DNA from: Candidatus Omnitrophota bacterium
GTDB lineage: Bacteria; Omnitrophota; Omnitrophia; Omnitrophales; JACQQS01
NCBI GenBank assembly: GCA_016206925.1
Contig: JACQQS010000055.1
Location: forward strand, 1 to 62,639
Reading direction: 5' to 3'
Length of the DNA stretch: 62,639 bases
Shown here: in pieces, positions 55,967 to 62,639 of the stretch
Layout: each line of letters begins with the position of its first letter
How positions within the stretch are numbered: the first letter of the stretch is position 1
Notes under the pieces: generated by a model
What the model was told of the DNA's origin: nothing
Seen by the model: the letters and a program-made list of their open reading frames with translations, nothing else
Databases searched by the model: none
Program-made: the position numbers and the translations under genes

Positions 55967-56773
55967 ATGGGAAGGCAGCATCTTTTAATTTTGGGAATTG
56001 CGGTGATTGCGGCTCTACTCGGAACCGCGTTTCTGTCCGGTCAATTTGGCGGGCCCAAGACGATCGAGGGGGTGGCCATTGCCCAGTCCGACATCGAGCC
56101 AAACTCCTTTATTAAGGCGGAACAAGTCAGGGCAGGCACGGTGGACGCAACACAATTCCAGTCGGGAATGCTCTTTAGGCCGGAAAGCGCTGTGGGTCAG
56201 ATTGTGCGCGTAGAAATCCATGAGGGCGAACCGATTACGGCCGGGATGGTTTATAGCGGTACAGCCGGCCTCCAGCATATCATTCCGCCGGGATATCGGG
56301 CCCTGTCCGTTCCCGTCAATCAGCCCGAGAATGATCTGAAGCTGTTTATTCCAGGCAGCCGAATTGACATTATAGCCACGGTCCAGGATCGCCATGGAAA
56401 TTTTAGAACCGGAACGATTATGGAAAACGTTTTACTACTGGCCAAAGAAAAGGCAGGAGAGGGCAGACAAGGTGTTTCCTTTATCGTAGCGATAGATCCG
56501 AAGGGTGCGGAAAAACTTTCGCTGGCGATAGGGCACGGTGAGATTCGGGTAGCGTTACGGCAGGAAAGTGACGAATCTCTTGTTGACGGTACGGGTATTG
56601 GCATCGGGGATTTAATTAAGGGGATGGAGCCGGATCCGAATAGCGACGCGTTAATAGGAGATGCCTATGAGCCGGGATCCATAGAAGTGATCCGCGGGAC
56701 AAGAAAAACAACCGATTATTTTGAGGAAGGGAACATAAACAAAATTTCAGGCAGGATAATTCAACAGGAGTAA
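55967..56773 (+). CDS. cpaB: Flp pilus assembly protein CpaB/RcpC
   Basis: 268 aa. N-terminal transmembrane helix, SAF-like segment (IKAEQVRAGTVD) and a CpaB-type C-terminal domain. Sits between the tadE-like genes and the secretin. Confidence 0.7.
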   Translation: MGRQHLLILGIAVIAALLGTAFLSGQFGGPKTIEGVAIAQSDIEPNSFIKAEQVRAGTVDATQFQSGMLFRPESAVGQIVRVEIHEGEPITAGMVYSGTAGLQHIIPPGYRALSVPVNQPENDLKLFIPGSRIDIIATVQDRHGNFRTGTIMENVLLLAKEKAGEGRQGVSFIVAIDPKGAEKLSLAIGHGEIRVALRQESDESLVDGTGIGIGDLIKGMEPDPNSDALIGDAYEPGSIEVIRGTRKTTDYFEEGNINKISGRIIQQE

Positions 56774-56780
56774 AGTGACT

Positions 56781-59153
56781 ATGAGGAAAGGAGCGCTTAA
56801 GGTTTTCATACTTTGCATGCTGACGATTTTCATCAGTTTGCAGAGTAATATTCAATTATATGCCCAATTGTCGGAGGTCGGCGACACCATTAATTTTACG
56901 TCCAGCGAGATATCTGTACAGGCGATCAGAATGGTTGACAATACTTCCCGCTTGCTTACTTTTGAGCGGCCTGTTGTCCGGACAGCGATAGGAGATGCGG
57001 CTGTCGCCGATGTGGTGGCGGTCAGCCAAAAAGAAATATTGGTTGTAGCCAATACGGTGGGGAACACCAACTTGGTGATTTGGGAAGCGGGCGGTATTAG
57101 TGAGACTTTTCAGGTTTTTGTAGAACGCGATCCGCATGTGCTCGAGGACCTTATCGAATCCCGGTTTCCCGGAATAGATATTAAGGTACATTCGGTAGGC
57201 GAAACCTTCGCTTTAACAGGTGAGATCGATAATGCACAGGAGCGGACCGAAGTCATGGAGCTTGCCGAGCGCTACGCGGCCGGAGCGGTGGACATGATGA
57301 CGTTGAGGTTGCCGAAGCAGGTTTTAATCGACGTGTTTTTTGTCGAACTTGACAGGACGGATTCGGATGATTACGGATACAGCTGGCAAAGCATAAGCAA
57401 ATACATAAATTTGTCCTCATTTGCGGGAAATGTGGCGGGGCAAACGTTCGTCGATAACGACTTGTCAGCCGCCAAAGGCGCGTTTACTACAGACTCGTTA
57501 GCCATTGACAGAAGCGCTACCTTTCCTACGATTAGTTATATCGATGGCAAAACCAATTTGCTGTCGACCCTTGAGTTTTTGGAGTCAAAAAATTTCCTGA
57601 GGGTTATTGCCAAGCCTAAGCTTCTTGCAAAGGACGGCGAAGAAGCCGAATTTCTGGTAGGGGGACGTTTTCCATTCGCTACGGTTCAGGACGGATCTAC
57701 CAACGTTCAGTTTGAAGAATTTGGCCATGAGCTCAGGTTTAAACCGGAAATTTTGGAGGATGACATCATCCGCCTAACCGTTGAGACCATCGTGAGCGAG
57801 CTGAATTTCGCTTCCACCTTGACGATCTCCGGTAGTACCGTTCCTTCTATTATTGAGAACAATGCAAAGACGGTAGTGGAATTGAGGGATAAGCAGACGC
57901 TTGTCATCGGCGGATTTATCTCCAAACGCACAAACGACACAAGGACAAGCGTTCCTTTTCTTGCGCAAATTCCGGGGATCGGGAAGATGTTTCGAAGCGG
58001 AGATCTTGAGACGCGCGAGCATGAACTCATCTTCATCATAACGCCCCACGTCATTCTTCCTATGGAACTGGAAGAAGCTCAAAAAGCAGGAGATTTCTAC
58101 GATCCGGAGAAAATCGACCGTGTTATCCGCATTGAGGATCTTCCGGACGAAAATTATCAGGCCGATGCGCTACGCGGCGCGCTTCGAAATTATGAGGTGA
58201 ATCGAATGCTTGCCGAGCAGAATTCAACCGAGTCGATGGAAACCGTTAAGCCCGCTGATCTGGCATCAGAAGCATCTCATGCAGTCGATCTAAGCGGTAA
58301 ATCCGGGCAGGAAAGCGGCACGGGGATGAAGGAAGAAACCGGCGGTGGATTTGAAGAGCCCATGCTTAATAAAGGCAAATTCGAGTTGGATCAAGCACTT
58401 AAAAACTTGCCCTCGGATGACGGAACCATGAATGCCGATAGGGTGCCTCTGCCGTTTGATCAAGCGCCGGTTGTTCGCGGGGCGGCATTTGATCATCCCG
58501 AAACTTCGCAGAGCGTGCTTGCCGCCTTTCAGACGTTTATGAAGAACCGCATGATTAGAGACAACAATCGATATGTCTTAACGACGGAATCAAAGGAAGA
58601 TTTAGAAGATGTCGAGCTCGATTTCGAGCAGCCCGTTGTTACGCCCGCAGCTTATGTACAAGAAATCCCACAAGCTCCAAAACAAGTTGTTCAGTTAAGT
58701 GAAGCGGCTCCCATAGAGCATTACAAAGATGTCATTCCCGCGAAAGCGGGAATCCAGTCTCTAGACGCCCGCTTTCGCGGGGTCGACTTAAATACGGAAG
58801 CGTTGCCGGAGGCATTAAATGCGCTGAGTGAGAGCGCAATGGAAATACATTACAAGGACATAAGGTCGTATCCTTCGGCAGCGTATCAGGAAGCCATAAG
58901 CGCAAGTCAGCAGACGATGGCGGCCGGAATTCCTGGCGATAGACATTATCAAACAGTCGGGCCGGCTATTAGAGATTCCGTAACCGACGGGTCGGTCATG
59001 TCCTCCGAAAATATTTCGAGATACAACTCGGGAACGCGAAACTTTCGCATGTCTCCCGGGCATTGGAGTTCTATCGAACAGAATAATTTTAGGCGAGAAC
59101 AGGAACGCATAGACCAGTTTTTTGACAGCTTGGATGCGAGGAAAAATATCTAA
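56781..59153 (+). CDS. cpaC: Tad secretin CpaC/RcpA with ~370-aa C-terminal extension
   Basis: ATG 56781 is preferred over GTG 56775. Pilus N-terminal domain (LLTFERPVVRTAIGDAAVADVVAV...LVVANTVGNTNLVIW). Secretin core (VPFLAQIPGIGKMFRS...LIFIITPHVI). A long non-secretin tail follows. Confidence 0.8.
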   Translation: MRKGALKVFILCMLTIFISLQSNIQLYAQLSEVGDTINFTSSEISVQAIRMVDNTSRLLTFERPVVRTAIGDAAVADVVAVSQKEILVVANTVGNTNLVIWEAGGISETFQVFVERDPHVLEDLIESRFPGIDIKVHSVGETFALTGEIDNAQERTEVMELAERYAAGAVDMMTLRLPKQVLIDVFFVELDRTDSDDYGYSWQSISKYINLSSFAGNVAGQTFVDNDLSAAKGAFTTDSLAIDRSATFPTISYIDGKTNLLSTLEFLESKNFLRVIAKPKLLAKDGEEAEFLVGGRFPFATVQDGSTNVQFEEFGHELRFKPEILEDDIIRLTVETIVSELNFASTLTISGSTVPSIIENNAKTVVELRDKQTLVIGGFISKRTNDTRTSVPFLAQIPGIGKMFRSGDLETREHELIFIITPHVILPMELEEAQKAGDFYDPEKIDRVIRIEDLPDENYQADALRGALRNYEVNRMLAEQNSTESMETVKPADLASEASHAVDLSGKSGQESGTGMKEETGGGFEEPMLNKGKFELDQALKNLPSDDGTMNADRVPLPFDQAPVVRGAAFDHPETSQSVLAAFQTFMKNRMIRDNNRYVLTTESKEDLEDVELDFEQPVVTPAAYVQEIPQAPKQVVQLSEAAPIEHYKDVIPAKAGIQSLDARFRGVDLNTEALPEALNALSESAMEIHYKDIRSYPSAAYQEAISASQQTMAAGIPGDRHYQTVGPAIRDSVTDGSVMSSENISRYNSGTRNFRMSPGHWSSIEQNNFRREQERIDQFFDSLDARKNI
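58731..58787. repeat. REP-like palindromic element, copy b, in frame inside cpaC
   Basis: gtcattcccgcgaaagcgggaatccagtctctagacgcccgctttcgcggggtcgac, translated as VIPAKAGIQSLDARFRGVD. Confidence 0.65.
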
Positions 59154-59178
59154 CGGGATGACAGGATGACACGGAGCG

Positions 59179-61452
59179 GTGAAAAAATCCAAAAAGGGGT
59201 TGGTGAACATGAAGGCAAAACCTTCGTCAAGTCAAAGAGGATCGATCATTGGTACCCTGGTAGTTTTTATGACGGGTTTGATTGCGCTTGCGGCGCTTTG
59301 CCTCGATTTTGCCATGATGACTTCGTACAAGCGTTCCGTACAAAATGTGGCGGAAATGATGGCCATTGCGGCAATGGGATATCACACAGACGAAAACTTC
59401 GATAAGACGATATCAGGGCTTACCCTGAACCAGCAGCATCAGGCCAAAGCAGCGCTGGGGTTAAGGAATGCCTACTTTGTGTGGCAGTCAACCATTAGTT
59501 CGCTGGCAGACTCGGATAAGTTTGTGGATCCCTTTGGAGGAGTGAACTGGAGCACACAATACGAGAATATGATGACCGATCTTACGAATGGCGGTACATA
59601 CACATGGACATTTCCAGACGGCTCATACGCATCCAGCAATATCCGCTTTCTAGAAAAGGGTGGAGCAAATTATGTGGAACCCTCTGGGTTATTTAAGAAT
59701 GTAGCGGATCCTCTCATCATTCGTGCTACAAAGAATGAAATTAACACAACCGGCACCGGTTCCGGTTTGACAACCATTCTTGCTCATTATTTCGGATTTA
59801 AAAATTTCATGGTCAAAGGCAGCACATTGGCTGAGGTGAACAATACGGGAAAGGCAAACTCTGTAGTTTTGCTTCTTGACCGGAGCATATCCATGGCCGG
59901 CATGTCGGGAGATGCCGGTTACTTGCAACCCGGTGATGCTAATTATGACCCACGGTATCCGGGTTTGAGCGTATTCGATCTTTCGGCGATGACGAATACG
60001 GCGGCGACTATCCAGCCGATCACGAATATGTTGTATGCAGCGCGGCTTGTTCCGAAAACGCTTGGCCGAGCCAACTGGTTTAATGATAATCCAGCCAAGA
60101 ATAGCAGTCTGGGCTTCGTGGCATTTGATCTTGTCGCAGAAAGCGTGGATGCTCCTCCTACCAACTTTGACCTGGACTTTAACACATGTGCAGGATGCGA
60201 CAACTACAATAATGCGTATAAGACGATCAAGGATAGGATGAATGCACATATTCCCGTAATGGGACGGCCCGGCTTGCCGCAAATAAATCTCTGTGCCGAT
60301 GTTGGATGCAGGGATTGCAATACGGCCGGGTGTGCAAGTACTTGCAATCCGCTGTTCAATAATATTTTTTACGCGGCTTCGGAAGCAAAATGCATAGTGG
60401 ATGTTTTCGGAAACACCGCTCGCCCTGAACCTTCAACCGAACTCGACAGTATGTTTCCCTGGACAGCGTCCAACGAATCTCAGGGATTGGAAGTCGCCGT
60501 AGAGCTGATTCGGCAGGAAAGAAAACGTTTCTTTGACACATTCAACGGCCCCAATTTTGACATAGACAGCGAATTTCAGGGGCAGATTATCCTTTTCTCA
60601 GATGGTTTTGTGGAAGCTTTCCACGATCGAAACGCCACGCTAGACGCGTTTCCGCAAAAGTGTAATAGCGGCGGTTGTACCTTATGTGACAGCTTGCTTA
60701 CGGTCACCCACAACATAAGAGAATTTGCACCACCTCTAGATCCGGGTCCCGGCAATCCGGTGTATCAGATGGAAATCATTCCGGCCGGCTGGAGAAAAGA
60801 TTTTAACTCCAGCGGAGAACCGCGAGTAACTTGGGCAACCACGGTTTGCCCAAGCCTCGAAACTTTCGGCCCGTGTTTGGAACTTTATCATGACGGCGCG
60901 GCTCTTTACAAAAATCAACTGCCGGCAGGCAAACAATGGTTTGGTCCGAACGATCCTCCGCAGCCGGTTCCGGAAGGCCTTTACAATGTAAGTACCGTGG
61001 ATATTTCGCTCGCTCTGGCTACTCCTCGGGCAGCGGGCGGGCGTTGTCCTGGAACCGACTGCGCCGGCGCAATTGTGGCACACGAGCATCAAGATACTGC
61101 AGATACGGTTCGCAGACCAAGCATTAACCTTTACTGCCCTGATTTGCATTTCATGGACCACGTTGACTGGGCTTATGCAAACAACATCATTATCAATACG
61201 GTTGGTTTTGGGGACATTGGAACCGCATATAATCCTAGCGCCCCCAACAATAATATGCGCAGACAATTTTTGCTGAGATATGCCACAGCCCCTAATAATT
61301 ATGATCAAGACGCTTCCAATAATACGGCTACCGACAAAGGATTTTTCTTAACCAGCGCTGATGCCAACTGCAACGCTGCGGGTACAGGCTGCCCGAAGTT
61401 TGAGAGCGCATTAAAGAGAGCATTTACAAGTTTTGAGGCGAGATTGAAATGA
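59179..61452 (+). CDS. tadG: TadG-like pilus-associated protein with vWA domain, Cys-rich
   Basis: 757 aa (GTG 59179; alternative ATG 59209). TadG-type N-terminal hydrophobic segment RGSIIGTLVVFMTGLIALAALCLDFA. MIDAS-like VVLLLDRSISMAG. More than 20 Cys occur in CxxC-like clusters. Confidence 0.7.
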   Translation: MKKSKKGLVNMKAKPSSSQRGSIIGTLVVFMTGLIALAALCLDFAMMTSYKRSVQNVAEMMAIAAMGYHTDENFDKTISGLTLNQQHQAKAALGLRNAYFVWQSTISSLADSDKFVDPFGGVNWSTQYENMMTDLTNGGTYTWTFPDGSYASSNIRFLEKGGANYVEPSGLFKNVADPLIIRATKNEINTTGTGSGLTTILAHYFGFKNFMVKGSTLAEVNNTGKANSVVLLLDRSISMAGMSGDAGYLQPGDANYDPRYPGLSVFDLSAMTNTAATIQPITNMLYAARLVPKTLGRANWFNDNPAKNSSLGFVAFDLVAESVDAPPTNFDLDFNTCAGCDNYNNAYKTIKDRMNAHIPVMGRPGLPQINLCADVGCRDCNTAGCASTCNPLFNNIFYAASEAKCIVDVFGNTARPEPSTELDSMFPWTASNESQGLEVAVELIRQERKRFFDTFNGPNFDIDSEFQGQIILFSDGFVEAFHDRNATLDAFPQKCNSGGCTLCDSLLTVTHNIREFAPPLDPGPGNPVYQMEIIPAGWRKDFNSSGEPRVTWATTVCPSLETFGPCLELYHDGAALYKNQLPAGKQWFGPNDPPQPVPEGLYNVSTVDISLALATPRAAGGRCPGTDCAGAIVAHEHQDTADTVRRPSINLYCPDLHFMDHVDWAYANNIIINTVGFGDIGTAYNPSAPNNNMRRQFLLRYATAPNNYDQDASNNTATDKGFFLTSADANCNAAGTGCPKFESALKRAFTSFEARLK

Positions 61453-61459
61453 CATGGAT

Positions 61460-61564
61460 GTCACCCCCGCGAAAGCGGGGGTCTAGTACTGAATTCCTGC
61501 TGGAGTTTACCTCGGACTGGATTCCCGCTTTCGCGGGAATGACAGATCCGGGGCGGGAATGACA
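61460..61564. repeat. REP-like palindromic element, copy c (expanded spacer plus an extra half-site)
   Basis: gtcacccccgcgaaagcgggggtc (61460..61483), a 35-nt spacer, then ggattcccgctttcgcgggaatgac (61519..61543), then ggggcgggaatgaca. Confidence 0.65.
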
Positions 61565-61585
61565 AAATAGACGAGGAGTAAAACA

Positions 61586-62639
61586 GTGCCGCGCGAAATT
61601 GCGATAATGATTGTAAGTGATCGAAGCAATCTGGTTGATCAGATGGAAGCCAGCGTCGTTGATTTCAGCCAGACCATCTGCCGTGTTTCATCCAGCCCCA
61701 TCGCTCAGGCCGAGGATTTGGCTGCGGAGGAAGCGGTGGATATGGTCATTTTCGATGTTCGTGCGCATGAAGTCGAGCACGATTTGGATCTTTGCGCCAA
61801 ACTCATGCGGGCCATGCCGCAAACGATGTGGGTTTTGACCTCAGAAAAACCCGACAGCGAACTAATTCTTCGCTCACTCCGGTTGGGGGCCAAGGACTTC
61901 TTGATACAGCCGTGGAAGCCGGAGGAGTTAAGAACGGTAGTACACCGCGCACTTCAATCGAAGCTGAGTCAGGAAAGTACCGTTCAGGGCAGGGGAAAGC
62001 TCATTACACTATTCAGCAATAAAGGGGGTGTGGGTACGACAACCATTGCCTGCAATCTGGCCGCAAGCCTTGCGGAAATGCATCCGGGCCGCGTTCTTTT
62101 GTGTGATCTGGTTCTGCAGCATGGCGATGTGGTCGTCTTCCTGGACGTCAAGCAGAAATATACGATTAGCAACATGGTTCAGGAAATTGATCGTCTCGAC
62201 CGGGAGTTATTGTTTAATCAGCTTCAGAAGCACCCTTCAGGGCTTTACGTGTTGCCCTCGCCGTTTCTGGCAGACGAAACGGCGCAGATCCGGTCATCGG
62301 CCGTATCCGATGCTATTGATTTTCTTTTGTCCTGCTTCGAGTACGTGGTTGTGGACGGCGGCCATGAATTCACCAGTCAGGTTGTTCCGATTCTCAATAA
62401 ATCAGATCTTATTTTTCTGGTCACCGTTCCGGATATTCCGACCATCCGGAATACGAAGCGCTGTCTGAATATGTTCGAACAGTTTGGGTTTCCTCCGGAT
62501 AGAACAAAAGTTATTGTAAACCGGTTTGACGCGAAACAGCATATCGATCTCTCGAGCGTTGAGAAAAACGTTGATTTTCCGATTTCCACCAAACTGGCGA
62601 ATGACTATGCCGCAGCCATAAACGCGATCAATCAAGGTC
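61586..62639 (+). CDS. cpaE: CpaE/TadZ-like pilus assembly ATPase (receiver-like N-domain + ParA/MinD domain), 3' end cut by the window edge
   Basis: Not in the ORF track. My own translation starts from GTG 61586 (gaggag 7 nt upstream; alternative ATG 61607): VPREIAIMIVSDRS...GAKDFLIQPW...KLITLFSNKGGVGTTTIACNLAASL. The frame stays open to the end of the window. Confidence 0.75.
   Translation, partial: MPREIAIMIVSDRSNLVDQMEASVVDFSQTICRVSSSPIAQAEDLAAEEAVDMVIFDVRAHEVEHDLDLCAKLMRAMPQTMWVLTSEKPDSELILRSLRLGAKDFLIQPWKPEELRTVVHRALQSKLSQESTVQGRGKLITLFSNKGGVGTTTIACNLAASLAEMHPGRVLLCDLVLQHGDVVVFLDVKQKYTISNMVQEIDRLDRELLFNQLQKHPSGLYVLPSPFLADETAQIRSSAVSDAIDFLLSCFEYVVVDGGHEFTSQVVPILNKSDLIFLVTVPDIPTIRNTKRCLNMFEQFGFPPDRTKVIVNRFDAKQHIDLSSVEKNVDFPISTKLANDYAAAINAINQG

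Overview
This 62.6-kb window comes from a diderm bacterium: it encodes a secretin, HflKC and lipoproteins, but no rRNA gene, so it cannot be placed taxonomically. Most genes are tightly packed housekeeping operons on the + strand. In order these are: sdhB, a gamma-CA-like gene, sucCD; an ATP-grasp/amidohydrolase/DUF2203/mutM/pdaD string; DUF1015, hflKC; pabBC, purH, folC, mnmE; class II RNR nrdJ; a complete PyrR-attenuated pyrR-pyrB-pyrC-carAB-pyrKD-pyrF operon; and yicC-remA-gmk-rpoZ-coaC/coaB, followed by tRNA-Cys and tRNA-Leu. Two regions are accessory. (1) A 14.7-kb island (7707..22384) is bounded by AT-rich, hairpin-rich spacers. It encodes two paralogous giant secreted FG-GAP/VCBS + ASPIC(UnbV) beta-propeller proteins (1723 and 1882 aa). 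It also encodes two small secreted proteins, each a free-standing copy of the other giant's C-terminal domain and both sharing a mature N-terminal TSLE[VI]FxI motif, plus a two-Ig-domain chaperone-like protein. I cannot match this combination to a described system, and it is my top candidate for something new. (2) A Tad/Flp pilus locus (flp, two tadE-like genes, cpaB, cpaC secretin, tadG-vWA, cpaE, the last cut by the window edge) has Cys-rich minor-pilin-like components and a secretin with a ~370-aa C-terminal extension. The second notable theme is small structured (palindromic) repeat elements, some sitting in frame inside genes. One is a 72-bp insertion in sucD flanked by a 9-bp direct repeat; its 14-bp hairpin recurs upstream of nrdJ with compensatory base changes. 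Another is a REP-like element (translated VIPAKAGIQ...RFRG) inside the cpaC ORF, bracketed by a duplicated HYKD codon quartet. A third is a 44-bp duplication of the sdhB 5' end bracketing a DUF2283 cassette. No CRISPR array, transposase, integrase or recognisable defence gene was seen. All calls come from reading the sequence and ORF track by eye; no searches were run.
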